Source: Squalus acanthias (Eukaryota). From it: a stretch of DNA of 64,000 bases. Below the pieces are notes generated by a model, which did not search any database, was not told where the DNA came from, and saw nothing but the letters and a program-made list of their open reading frames with translations. Every line of letters starts with the position of its first letter. The stretch's first letter is position 1. The position numbers and the translations under genes were made by a program. Positions 1 through 12,326 of this stretch are shown in pieces. The stretch is taken from the NCBI GenBank assembly GCA_030390025.1, contig CM059452.1:8184001-8248000 (forward strand). The letters run 5' to 3'.

Positions 1-287
1 TGCCGGTACCAATATAAACAATAAAAGGTGCTCCATTTAGTGTCAGAGCGACAGTTTAAAGTCACCGCTTCTCCTTCTGTCTTAACTCCTGAGGACAGCG
101 GCTGAGTGACAGAATCTCCAAGACTCAGATCTGAAAAACATGTTCAAACTGGAAAAGATCAGACCGGCGGGTGTTTAAAATTCAGAGTCAAACCATGTTT
201 AGAAATGATAGAAAAGATGAAATGTGTTTGGTCCATAATTACCTGTCAGAAATGCCCCCACACAGCCCAGATGCTGAGTAGCCGCAT
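1..287 (-). pseudogene. TCR alpha/delta V segment, 5' part (leader 287-243, V exon from 130 running off the window); leader frameshifted
   Basis: V exon reads DLSLGDSVTQPLSSGVKTEGEAVTLNCRSDTKWSTFYCLYWYR; paralog of 6660-7164 and 32102-32604. The leader has 5 G in a run where the paralogs have 6, giving TGA before the donor (could be a homopolymer sequencing error). Confidence 0.75.
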
Positions 288-824
288 TGTCGCTGTCCGC
301 TCTGTAAAAGGGGGGTTGGATATTTGAAGACATCCGTTCTAATCCCCGCCCTCAATAATCTGCTGTCGTGTCTCAGGATGCTCTCACCTCACTTCCTTGT
401 GTCCCCAGTGGTGCTGTGAGACCGGTAGGTGGTGAGCTGGCTGCCAGTGAATGGAAACACCCCGAGCTGGGCAACAGTCAGTGTCCTTATAGGGGAATTG
501 TTCCACTTTTAGAGAACGAAACCCTTGTCTGGTTAATGGAACCCGGAAACTCAGGATTGTTAATGATGACAGAAAAAATCCAGCATTAAAGAGAAATTCT
601 GAAGGACATTGGTCGTGGGGGAACTCTGTGCTTGGGGCCTGTTTTAAAGAGTACAAATCACTACTTTGTGAAATCTGTTCCTTGTGTATAAATTGTCTCT
701 GGCCCAGCAACATACTCTAATCAAATAAACCCTGTGTACAGGCCGCGATCAATGGGTCCGGGACACTGACAGAGGAGTTGTGTAAAGGGCTGCACAATAT
801 TGCAGGCAGGCACGGAAGGGACAT

Positions 825-1340
825 CATAGATTCATAGAATCTTACAGCACAGAAGGGGGCTTTCGGCCCGTCGTGCCTGTTTAGTCCCATATCCCAGCTT
901 TTTCTCGATAACCCTGCAAATTAGTCCTCTTCAAGTACATGTCCAATTGCCTTTTGAAAGTTCCCATGAAATCTGATTCCACCACCCTTTCAGGCATTGC
1001 CTTTCAGATCTTAACAACCCTCTTTGTGAAGAAATGTCTCCTCATTTCCACTCTAGTTCTTTTGCCCATTATTTTAAATCTATTCCCTTTGGTTATCAAC
1101 CCACTTGCCAGAGGAAATAGTTTCTCCCTATTTGCTCTGTCAAAACCCCTCATAAATTTGAATAATTCTATTAGGTCTCCCCTTAACCTTCTCTGCTCTA
1201 AGGAGAACAATCCCAGCTTCTCCAATCTCTCCACATAACTGAAGTCCTTCATTCCCTGGTATCATCCTAGTCAACCTCCTCTGTACCCTCTCCAGGGCCT
1301 AGGCATCCTTCCTATCGTGTGGTGCCCAGAAATGTACACA
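825..1340 (-). mobile_element. CR1-type LINE 3' fragment
   Basis: ORF 1004-1252 YVERLEKLGLFSLEQRRLRGDLIE...RRHFFTKRVV is typical of the CR1 ORF2 C-terminus. Confidence 0.85.
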
Positions 1341-1589
1341 ACAGAGAAAGGACAAAAGGGGAGTTAAGGTGCCACAGACATGATTTGTGAAGTTCATTTT
1401 TATTATAAATACGAGTTGAAATCACCTAAAAAAATCCCCCAGTGGACCTGACCTGTTCTTGTTGAGTGTTGTGATTTGTCGCTCTTTTAAGTATCTCCCT
1501 GTGACTCTCACTGTAGAGGCTGAATTATCGCTGCTGTTTATCGGGGTGAGAGCGCCCTCTGGTGATCACTAACTGCAACTCTCAGTGTG

Positions 1590-2061
1590 GGTTTTTGTAC
1601 GGGATCCGCTATATCTCTGCAGCAGTGTGGGGCTCATGGCACAGAAATACACGGCGGTGTCGGTGACAAGAACCGCGGTGATATTTAAAGGAACCGTTTT
1701 GCTGTCTCTGTGGAAAACAGCAGAGAACCGGCCTGGGAAATCTGGAGACCGGTCTACCGTCCCCGAGCTATATATCCTCAGTAAATATCTCGGAGCTTCC
1801 CCGGGATACTGGATGTACCAGAACAGAGTTGGAGCAGCTGCCGAGTAACTGCAGTTCAATATTATGTTTTTTCCTTCCTGAATCATTAATTCAGACGGAT
1901 CCTGGGACACTGAGTCTTTGCCACTCGTTCCTGTAACAAAACACAGAATGTGTCAAAAGTCTGGGAGTGAATATAACACTTGGAACACACACTGACCCTT
2001 TACACATGTACTCACCGGAAAGCACGACCATTATCATCATTAAGGAACACAGGGAGCACAT
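1590..2061 (-). CDS. TCR alpha/delta V segment (leader 2061-2016, V exon 1930-1630, RSS 1629-1590)
   Basis: Leader MCSLCSLMMIMVVLS|gtgag; V exon open with C..WY..YFCAMS; RSS CACACTG-24-ACAAAAACC (non-canonical heptamer and 24-bp spacer). Confidence 0.85.
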
Positions 2062-2925
2062 GGTGTCTGAATTAGAATTAGACAGAAAACAGCAGCTCGT
2101 TTTAAATATGTTGGCCCTTCTAGTCTGATATTAAAGAATAAACTCAGATCAGGGGCAGACTTCACTTATTGGGAGACTGAGGGGCGTTTCCCAGGGACAG
2201 GATTGGCTGATCTCTCAGAACTGACAACAGCTGTGCACCAATCAGTCTTAGTTGTGGACCAATTACTGATGTCTCCCTACAAACCCCTTCCTTCTCTAGC
2301 TATGTGAGTGAGTCTCTCGCTCCCTCTGTCTCTCTCTCTCTCTCTGTCGTTCTCCACATCTCTCTATATTTGTGTCTCGCTGTCGCTCACTCTATTTAAC
2401 TCTGTGACTTTCTCACTCCCTCTCTCTCATTTCTTCTCTCTCTCAGTAATGTGAAAAGCGAAAATAATCTAAATCAATTCAATCCCTGGTATCACTTTAT
2501 TCCCACCACTGCAAATGAGCTCCATTACCTTGTCGGAGCCCCAAAACTACGAGTGACATGATAAGTGGAAAGCCCTCTGCACCGGTGAGATAGCTTTTAA
2601 AAATGTGACCTGACGGATCTTCACAACACCCAGGACACCTGCTTGTAGAGATTTAGCCCGTTATTCGTCCCAGAGATCTGCAGGTCTGTGCTAACACTGT
2701 GGTGGAAATGTCTGAATTTCACACTGGCTTAAAATGGTTGAGAAATTTCTCTTATCCCAACACTGACAGCACTGACATAACTGGAGAAACCCGATCGGAT
2801 CAGGCTGTATTTTCCCATTCATTTTCTGTATAACCCCTCGGGGAGTCAATCCCTGGTATTTTCCTGAGGTGAAGCACGACAACCCATCCCATCTCACCCT
2901 CCTTCCCCTATGCCGACCTGTGCCT

Positions 2926-3274
2926 TGTTTTTGTATGAGGATAGAGGGTCCCTTATTCACTGTGGGTCTCAGGGCACAGTAATACACGGCGCTGTCTGTG
3001 ACCTTCAAGCCTTTCATGGATAAGTGAAAAGTGCCTTGTGTCAGGTTGAGATTCCCGCTGAAGTGTTCAAAGCCCGGAGCTGTCTCGTTATTCCCATAAC
3101 TATCGGCTCTGAGCAGATACTGAGGGGCGTGGTGGGGATACTGGCGATACCAGAAGAGTCCATAGTTTGTAGCTGAACCCGATACAGAGTAACTGCAGGT
3201 TATTGCTGCATCTGCACCCTCTTCTGATGCGACTCCTTGTTCTGACTGGGACACCGAGTCTCCGTTACTCATCT
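2926..3274 (-). CDS. TCR delta/alpha V exon (3274-2965) with 23-RSS; leader not identified
   Basis: tttcag acceptor; DSVSQSEQGV...ITCSY...WYRQ...DSAVYYCALR; RSS CACAGTG-23-ACAAAAACA. Confidence 0.85.
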
Positions 3275-3669
3275 CTGAAAATAAACAGTGGGCACACAGC
3301 AGGTTAGACAGAGTAACAGAAAGAGAACAATAACCCAGAGATGGAGATAGGGTTTGGAGAAGGTTATAGGATGGTTCCAATATCACCGACCTGTGATCAG
3401 GACAATAACCAGAGTCAGGCAGAGTTTCACCCCGATGGTTCCAGTCTGAACTCCAGAAACAAGAGATTGTGATCAATGCTTGTACCGGGCCTGGAATTGG
3501 AGAAACCGAAACAGCGCGGTGATCTCATCAGATCGGCTGGGATTTCTCATCCCCGCCCATATTTAGCTCTCTGAACAGCCACTTCCTGTAGATGCGGATC
3601 ATGATCTTTGAAAAGTGATCAAAGAGCGCCCTCCTGCGGATAGTACAAGCTTGAGGTAGTGCATTGGAA

Positions 3670-3795
3670 ACACGCACGCACACTGACATACACACACACA
3701 CATACACACACACACAGACACACAGGCATATACACACACACTGATATATACACACACTGACAGATACACACGCATAAATACACACGCAGACATAC
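3670..3795. repeat. (CA)n-rich microsatellite
   Basis: Imperfect CA/TA dinucleotide run. Confidence 0.85.
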
Positions 3796-3797
3796 GC

Positions 3798-4712
3798 GCC
3801 TGCTGCCCTTGTCCTTCTCGGTGGTAGAGGTCCCGGGTTTGGGAGGTGCTGCCGAAGAAGCCTTGGTGAGTTGCTGCAGTGTATCTTGTAGATGGTACAC
3901 ACTGCAGCCACGGTACGCCGGTGGTGGAGGGACTGAATGTTTAAGGTGGTGGATGGGGTGCCAATCAAGTGGGCTGCTTTGTCCTGGATGGTGTCGAGCT
4001 TCTTGAGTGTGGTTGGAGCTGCACTCATCCAGGCAAGTGGAGAGTATTCCATCACACTCCTGACTTGTGCCTTGTAGATGGTGGAAAGGCTTTGAGGAGT
4101 CAGGAGGTGAGACACTTGCCGCAGAATACCCAGCCTCTGACCTGCTCTTGTTACCACAGTGTTTGTGGCTGGTCCAGTTACGTTTCTGGTCAATGGTGAC
4201 CCCCCAGGATGTTGATGGTGGGGGATTCGGCGATGGTAATACCGTTGAATGTCAAGGGGCAGTGGTAATACTCTCGCATGTTGAGACAGTCATTGCCTTC
4301 CTCTTGTGTGGCACGAATGTTACCTGCCATTTATCAGCCCAAGCCTGAATGCCGTCCAGGTCTTGTTGCATGCGGGCATGGACGGCTTCATTACCTGAGG
4401 AGTTGCGAATGGCACTGAATGCTGTGTAGTCATTAGCGAACATCCCCATTGCTGACCTTATGATGGAGGGAAGGTTATTAATGAAGGACCTGAAGATAGT
4501 TGGACCTAGGACACTGCCTGAGGAACTCCTGCAGCGATGTCCTGGGGCTGTGATGATTGACCTTCAACCACCACAACCATCTTCCTTTGTGCTAGGTATG
4601 ACTCCAGCCAGTGGAGAGTTTCCCCCCGATTCCCATTGACTTCCGTTTTACTAGGACTCTTTGATGCCACACTCGGTCAAATGCTGCCTTGATTTCAAGG
4701 GCAGTCTCTCTC
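3798..4712 (-). mobile_element. Non-LTR retrotransposon (CR1/L2-group) RT 3' fragment, frameshifted
   Basis: MFANDY (degenerate FADD), WADKWQVTF, IYKAQVRSVMEYSPLAW...LDTIQDKA motifs across ORFs 4252-4449 and 3528-4193. Confidence 0.8.
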
Positions 4713-6011
4713 ACTTTCATTCTGTTTCCATGGGTAACCAAGAATGTTTTCTGCGGGACTGAGTTCTGGAGACTCCTTCAAGCAGTGGCCAACAGAAGCC
4801 CAATATCTGGAAGGAACCTCGATGAGCATTCATTGTAACTATTCAACCTCCGGATTGTACAAAAATCCACACTGAGAGTTCCAGTTAGTGCTCACCAGAG
4901 GGCGCTCTCACACCGATAACCAGAAGCAATAATTCAGCCTCCACAGTGCGAGTCAGAGGGACCTTCTTTAAAGTGAAAAAAAAACACAACACTCAACAAG
5001 AACAGGTGAGGTCCCCTGACGGAATTATATTAGTTTGTGAAAAAGGAACTTCGGAAATCATGTCTGTGGTGCCACAACTCACCTTTTGTCTTCCGATGCA
5101 ATTCCGTGCCTGCCTGTCTCTTCTCATCCCCTGTCTCCACTCTTTACTAATCGTATGGACTTTCTTCTTCCAGTCTTTAGATTAACGATGTAAAACCTTT
5201 GCTGCTGCACGGCATATTAATTCAGAACCGCTCTAACCCAGCTTCCCATAAACAGGAACAACAGACAGGTCAGTGAATAAGCACAGCATTTCCCGCACCC
5301 CGTCCACCGACATCTGAGCAGTTCTCAGAATATCCAGCAGAGGGCGTCTGGTCCCAATATTCCTTTTCTGCATCAGACCCCGGGCAGTGAGTTAAATGCT
5401 GTTTCTCCAACAGTTGTGTCAATATTGGAGTAAATAGATGATTAATATTTGAAATCCACAATGGGCTGGGACGGTACATCGGGCAAATAATCATCACAAA
5501 AATGCATCCATCATATCGAAGGATTGAGTTCTGATACTAATTAGTGGGCAGGACAAGTGAGTGGAAGGGTGTGGAAGATGGGAAAGGAATATTAAAATGT
5601 GAATGAAAGACACAGCCTGAGATCTGATTTCTGAAGCAATTAACTGTACCGATGGTGGAGATCAATGTTAAAGGGGCGAAAGACAAAACAAAGCCGCCTG
5701 TATTGTGTTTCTTTTTCTGCTCCTCATCCTTTTCTAACATGAGTGAAAGTTGTAAGGAGTTTTTCATGCCCTTCCTGTGTAGAGCTCTTGTTAACGAGAA
5801 CCCGCCCTACACTTCACCCTGAGGGTTTTGAAGCCGCTCCCGCGCTCTGCTCCCGGGCAATTCATATAGATGAGCGGTAAAGTGATGAATAGCCTCCATT
5901 CCTTCTCACTGCAAATCTAAAATCTGAAAATTATGGATCCTTAAATTAATCATTACAGGCCCTAAGCAGGTCACAACTCACCTGATAGAATTTAAACAAC
6001 ATTTTAAAAGA

Positions 6012-6125
6012 ACGAAAGACTTGCATTTATATAGCGACTTTCACGAACACCTGACGTCGCAAAGCGCTTTGAAGCCACTGAAGTACTTTTTGAAGTGTAG
6101 TCACTGTTGTAATGTAGGAAATTGT
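6012..6125 (-). mobile_element. SINE 3' fragment (SacSINE1/DeuSINE-like)
   Basis: Same 3' tail (gacttgcatttatatagcg...) as the copy at 7480-7885. Confidence 0.6.
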
Positions 6126-6659
6126 AATGCATTTAAATTACAGGGAGAGATAATTCTTCACGTCTGTTCAATTGCTTGTTCAGTAACAGCAGACGTCATC
6201 GTTCTAATACCATGGATCTACAAATCACTCCAACAAAATAGAGAATCATTCTTAGTTCTCTGACCCGTGACGGAAAGCTCACTGGAGTCACGGTTACCGT
6301 TGTCCTGACGGTAAAATTAACGGAAGTCTAGAGAACAAATTGACCCCGGATCAATTCCAAACCCAAACCCGATTAAGAATCATGCGCTTCACGGTCAGAA
6401 TAACCAGACCAGGGTTTCTTTCCCACCCCTGGTCTCTAAAAGCGGAACCATTCCCCTATAAGGACACTGACTGTGGCCCAGCTCGGGGTGTTTCCATTCA
6501 CTGGCAGCCAGCTCACCACCTACCGGTCTCACAGCACCACTGGGGACACAAGGAAGTGAGGGAGAGCATCCTGAGACACGACAGCAGATTATTGAGGGTG
6601 GGGATTAGAACGGGTGTCTTCAAATATCCAACCCCGCTTTTACAGAGCGGACAGCGACA

Positions 6660-7164
6660 ATGCGGCTACTCAGCATCTGGGCTGTGTGGGGGGCATTTCT
6701 GACAGGTAATTGTGGACCAAACACATTTCATCTTTTCTCTCATTTCTAACCTGTTTTGAATCTGAATTTTAAACACCCGCCGGTCTGATCTTTTCCTGTT
6801 TGAACAAGTTCTTCAGATCTGAGTCTTGGAGATTCTCTCACTCAGCCGCTGTCCTCAGGAGTTAAGACAGAAGGAGAAGGGGTGACTTTAAGCTGTACCT
6901 ATGATACTACACTGAGCAGCTATTCTTTGTACTGGTACCGGCAACACCCAGACACACAGCCCGAGTTTATACTGAGGAAATACTCGAGCGGTGCTGAAAA
7001 TAAAGCAGATTTTGCTAAAACCCGTTTCTCTGCTGAGCTCTACACCTCGACTAAATTCACCAGTTTAACCATCTCGGGGCTGCAGCTGACTGACGCTGCC
7101 GTGTATTACTGCGCTCTCTGGGACTCACAGTGATGGAAAGCAGTCTCACCCCCGTACAAAAACC
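6660..7164 (+). CDS. TCR delta/alpha V segment, apparently intact (leader 6660-6705, V exon 6817-7125, RSS 7126-7164)
   Basis: Leader MRLLSIWAVWGAFLT|gtaat splices in frame; VTLSCTY...WYRQ...DAAVYYCALWD; consensus CACAGTG-23-ACAAAAACC. Confidence 0.93.
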
Positions 7165-7479
7165 GCCTGTATTTTGTTTGTTTTTCTGCGCCACATCCTT
7201 TTCTAATATTAGTGAAAGTCGGAAAGAATTTTTCACGCCCTACTGGCGTTGAGCTCCTGTTAACGAGGACCCGCCCTACTCCTCACCCTGGAGGCTTTGA
7301 ACCCGCTCCCCCGCTCTGCTCCCGGCCACTTTAAGCGGATGAGCGGTAATTAACTGAAAAGCGCCGATGCGCCGATGCCTCCATTCTCTCTCATCGCAAA
7401 TCCAAAATCTGAAGATTATCATCCCGAAATTAATCATTACATGCCCTAAGCAGGTCACAAATCGGCAGATAAAAAGAAA

Positions 7480-7885
7480 GAAAGCCTTGCATTTATATTG
7501 CGCCTTTCATGAGCTCAGGACGTCCAAAAGCGCTTTACAGCCAATTAAGTGTATTCCCTGTTGTAATGTCGGATGCGCGGCAGCCAATTGCGCACAGCAA
7601 GCTCCCACAAACAGCAAGGTGATAATAAGCTGTTTTGGTTCTGTTGATTGATGGATAAATATTGGCCAAGACGCTGAGGATAACTCCCCTGCTCTTCTTT
7701 GAAATAGTGCCATGGGATCTTTTCCGTCCTCTTGAGAGAGAAGACTGGGCCTCGGTTTAACGTCTCATCCAACAGCCAGCACCTCGGACAGTGCAGCACT
7801 CCCTCAGCACTGCACTGGAGTTTCAGCCTAGACTTGATCCCACAACCTTCTGACTCACTGACGCGAGTGCCAGCACTGAGCCACA
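7480..7885 (-). mobile_element. tRNA-derived SINE, SacSINE1/DeuSINE-like
   Basis: A/B-box-like head (tggctcagtg...gggatcaagtc) and body ggcactatttcaaagaagagcaggggagtt...ggccaatatttatcc, recognised from recall of shark SINEs. Partial duplicate at 12327-12485. Confidence 0.65.
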
Positions 7886-9567
7886 CAAGACACAAGATAA
7901 CAAGATAAGACATTTTTCACACTCATTACCATTCTAAAAGCAGGATTTTTTTATCCATTGATATTTGCATCAACTGATGCTTACAGCGTAACTGCGGCAT
8001 TGTAGTGTTTCAGCATAGCTCCCACAATATCATCGTTTTGATGTTAATTATGGTTCTCTACAGGGATTTAATGGAATATACTGTGAGACCAAACACAAAG
8101 ATCAATATCTTCAAAATTAGCAGCAATTTCAGTTCTCAAAGTAATCATTGCTCTGTATGCGCCATCTTCGGTACCCCATATATCATTGCAAGTCCCGTGA
8201 CACAGTTCAGTGCTCTGAGCAAAAGGTGGCTGAAAGGTGTTAACTTTTCGAATCAGGTCCATGCTGAACTGTGAATCGGTGGGCCGGCAAAAGGTATTTC
8301 AAATGTGAGATGGGCAGTTGTATTGCGCAGAGCAGAAACAATGGCCAATTTTTGAACCTGGTGGACATTGGGATCCTGCGGCAGCCCATCCGGCGGTGCT
8401 GAGGTCACGGTTCAAGGCTCTGTCGAACACGGCCATGTTTGTGTGACGTACAGTCGGCCATGTTTCTGTGACGTACTGTCGTTGATGATTGTGTGACGTA
8501 CTGTCGGCCATGATTGTGTGAAGTACAGTCCGCCCGTGGCCCTTAACTCGCCTTTTGTCCTTTGATGCTCTTTCCGTGCCTGCCTGCAATATTGTGCAGC
8601 CCTTTACACATCTCCCCTGTCAGTTTCCCGGACCCTTTGATCGCGGCCTGTACCCAGGGTTTATTTGATCAGAGTATGTTGCTTAGTCAGAGATAGTTTA
8701 TACACAATTTACATATTTCTCAAGGTGGTGATTGTGCTCTTTAAAACAAACCCCATGCACGGAGTCTCCCCAATGTCGATCGCCTTCCGACTGTCGCTTC
8801 ATTCTCTGTCACTGCACCTGGAATCTCTGAATATTAGAAATCTTGAAATCAATCATTACTTAATTGAAACATAATTTTACAAGCAAACCACAGAAGGGGA
8901 CGGTGCAGGAAGCATTTGTTTAAATTACAGGGAGATTTATTCTTCGTGTATATTGTGTATATCTGTCTGTATATTGAAAATGGCCCTGGACTGTCTCTTT
9001 TTGTAACTTGATCCTCAGTTGCAGGACTGAGGGAGTGCTGCAGGGTCTGAGGCGCCGTCGTTCGGATTAGACGTTTAACCGAGGTCTGCAGCCCGTTCAG
9101 GGAAATATTAAAGGATGCCCGTTACTACTGGAATAAGACCGGGGATACTCACCCGGTGTCCTGGGCCCACATTCCACCTTCAACAAACACCACCCAATAA
9201 AACAAATGAACCGACCTCCCAGCTCATTTCTGCGGGGCAAAGGCGATCGGCAGCCTCTGCTGACAGAACAACTCCGCCCCTCCCCCCGTACATCAGGCTA
9301 ATGTGGGAGGGGCTTTCACATCGGGCTCAGAGACCCAATGAAGCGCCAGAAAACTGCAGGTCCTTATTTAAACCTGTCGCTTGTGCACACAACACACAGC
9401 CAGAGATCCGGGATCTGTGCGGCCCATCACTGATCTCCGGGGCACGGCCCTGTGGGAATTAACTCGACCCTCTAAAGTCCAGCTCTGAGGTACAGTCTCC
9501 CAGAACAGTCCAGGGCTGCAGTTCCAGCTCCCCGTCTTATAAACCATTCGCTCCAGGCAGCAGAACG

Positions 9568-10078
9568 ATGGGAATCCTCCTTGTTTTCACCCTGTGTGTC
9601 TGTTTACCCCGTGAGTACCGATCAAACAAACCGACATTGTGTGGATTTAATATAAAGCTGTCCGGGTCCATCCGAATTGCAGACACTGTCTGGGTTTTAG
9701 CCCCGTTGTGTGGTTCGGCTCTGATGGCCCATTAAACTCTCTCTGTTTAATTTCCAGGCTCTTTCAGTCAGTCAGTGACACAGACCCCGCCAGCGGTGAC
9801 CAGGGAGGAGTGTCAGTCTCTCACCATCACCTGCGTTTTCTATGGTGGTTCTTGGGATTATTTTAAAAATGGACAATTCTTCAGACAACCCCAGACCGGG
9901 ACAGAGTGGGAGCGGATCTCGAGCGGAGAGCGATTTGTTGTGAGGACGAATAAGGCAAAAAATACATTTTCGTTGGAAATTCGGGATGTGCGAGTTGAAG
10001 ACAGCGCCACCTATTACTGTAAAGCTGGGTACAGAGACTACACAGTGATGGGCCTCGGCTTCCCGCGATACTAAAACT
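9568..10078 (+). CDS. NAR-TCR V segment (IgNAR-like V; leader 9568-9610, V exon 9758-10040, RSS 10041-10078)
   Basis: Leader MGILLVFTLCVCLP|gtgagt in frame with SVTQTPPAVTREECQSLTITCVF...ISSGERFVVRTNKAKNTFSLEIRDVRVEDSATYYCKA: short VNAR-type domain lacking CDR2, with extra FR1 Cys. RSS CACAGTG-22-ACTAAAACT. Confidence 0.9.
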
Positions 10079-10402
10079 CTCACTGCAGATTGTGACAGAA
10101 ACAAGTGAAAAAGCGGAGTCAATCTGCCGTTAAACCCACAGTTCCGCCTCGCGCCGTCTGCCCCACAGTCTAGTTTATAATCAGATTGGATTATTGCAGT
10201 TAACACCTTGAGTTTTGTAAATGCTGAGTGTGTGCGGGCGGTGACGTCTTTCCCGGGATTGGTGTCAATGAATGGCGATTGGGAATGACTGATCCCAGTT
10301 ACAAGTCCCGAACACCAGATGGGATCCTGTTCTAACAGCTGGAACCGGGAACCGCGGTCCCCGCCGTGTAACTAATGTCCCCCCATCTCACCGAGTCCCG
10401 GG

Positions 10403-10471
10403 GGATTTGATGCTGACTTGAAACACTGTGTTAATTGGGGCCTCACAGTGGATGAGACCTGAGCAAATACC
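10403..10471 (+). other. NAR-TCR D segment TTAATTGGGGCCT (10431-10443) flanked by 12-RSS on both sides
   Basis: GGATTTGAT-12-CACTGTG [D] CACAGTG-12-GCAAATACC. Confidence 0.85.
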
Positions 10472-10786
10472 TGTGTACAATTAAAATATAAATTCCCGGG
10501 CCCGGAACCTGAATTGTAGGTTTGATCTTATTATCGCTGTAATCTGGTTTAATTTAATTGTCATTTCCTACTTTCAGTTATCTTTCTTTGATATTTTGCT
10601 CCGTTGATATGAAGCGCCCATCTCCGCCCGTGTTCCTGGGCCATTTTACTGAGAGCTCAGAGTCTCACAAAGAACAGTTTGAACCGACGGGGACTGTGGA
10701 ACACGGAATATTGTTTATTGATCCCTGGAATAATTGGGCAGCGCCGACTGTCTGGTGATGTGTGTCCGGCAGATTGAGGTGTCGGT

Positions 10787-10873
10787 GGTTCTTGTACCGG
10801 GGTGACTGAGAGCGGTGTCACTGTGGTTATTATTATGTGGATGGATCCGGGACGGTGGTGACTGTCACAGCCG
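10787..10873 (+). CDS. NAR-TCR J segment (10826-10873) with 23-RSS
   Basis: GGTTCTTGT-23-CACTGTG, then YYYVDGSGTVVTVTA and a phase-1 donor G|gtaagt. Confidence 0.9.
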
Positions 10874-11391
10874 GTAAGTGACTCCAAACCCCGCCGTGTT
10901 ACAGACTGTCCCGGTTAATGTTCACCGTCAGTTTATTATTGTGATCAGTATCACCTCAATCCCCTTCAAAATCAAACAGAGCGGTTTTCTAATGGGGCGG
11001 GGGGCGGGAGGGTTCATTGCAGTTCTAGATTGGGGAGCAGAATATGAACCGGGATCGGGTCCGCGTCCGGGTGTTAGTCCGGAGAGAGGAGATATGAGAC
11101 CTCCACGGAGCAGGCAGTCTGGGGCGGTTTGACCCCATATGGACCATCATTGGTTTAACGGGGACCTCGGGGGTCCCATGAATATACAGGACTATCACTC
11201 TGATCCCCAGTTCGTTTAAATGAGCGCAGATTGCCGAGGCTCCGGCCTCCGCTCTCGGTGTTAACTGTGACTGAGGGAGCTCTGCTTATCCCTGTGAGAT
11301 GGGCAGGGGGTCACAGAGCTCCGTCCTGGGCAGGAGATTGCAGTCCGAGCCAGGCAGTGTGAATCAGGTAACCGGAGAGTGAACCCAATAC

Positions 11392-11535
11392 AGCGGCCTG
11401 TCCGATACCCGCAGCGGCCCGTCCGATAACCGCAGCGGCCCGTCCGATACCTGCAGCGGCTCGTCCAATACCTGCAGCGGCCCGTCCGATACCTGCAGCG
11501 GCCCGTCCGATACCTGCAGCGGCTCGTCCGATACG
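11392..11535. repeat. 21-bp minisatellite (gcagcggcccgtccgatacct), ~7 copies; duplicate at 17266-17410
   Basis: Direct tandem units visible. Confidence 0.85.
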
Positions 11536-11849
11536 TTATTGCCGGAACAGTTAATGCCGGCTGTGGGAATGTACTTCCGAGAAGAGTAAAGAAAATAAGG
11601 AGCAAAACGTTCTATAGCATCATGTTTAGCAGTGAAGTGGCTAATTCTGTAATACTGATCAAACATATCAAGTCGGATAATTCTTGATATTTATCGGTGC
11701 CATTTTCCCACAACAGATTTTTTAGTGTGAGAACTCCTTCGCTGCATAGTTCACATCATATGATTCATGTTTGTATATTAATATTGTTCTTGGACAAGTA
11801 TAAACACTATCTTTATAATCTCTGGCAAGAAAAGGTGATTTCAAGCAAA

Positions 11850-12326
11850 GGTGGGATGAGAGGGCTGTCCTATGATGAGAGATTATGTAGAATGGGCCTA
11901 CACTCTCTGGAGTTTAGAAGAATGAGAGGTGATCTCATTGAAACATACAAGATTCTGAAGGGGATTGACAGGGTAAATGCTGAGAGGTTGTTTCCCCTGG
12001 CTGGAGTGTCTAGAACTAGGGGGCATAGTCTCAGGATAAGGGGTCGGCCATTTAAGTCTGAGATGAGGAGGAATTTCTTCACTCGGAGAGTTGTGAATCT
12101 TTGGAAATCTCGGCCCCAGAGGGCTGTGGATGGTGAGTCTTTGAGTATATTGAAGGCTGAGATAGATAGATTTTTAGGACTCTCGGGGAATCAAGGGATA
12201 TGGAGATCGGGCGGGAAAGTGGAGTTGAGGTCAATGATCAGCAATGATCTTATTGAATGGTGGAGCAGGCTCGAGGGGCCGTATGGCCTACTCCTGCTCT
12301 TATTTGTTATGTTCTTATGTTCTTAT
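11850..12326 (+). mobile_element. CR1 LINE 3' fragment with (ttatgttc)n tail; duplicate at ~17725-18175
   Basis: LSYDERLCRMGLHSLEFRRMRGDLIETYKILKG...RNFFTRRVVNLW. Confidence 0.85.
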
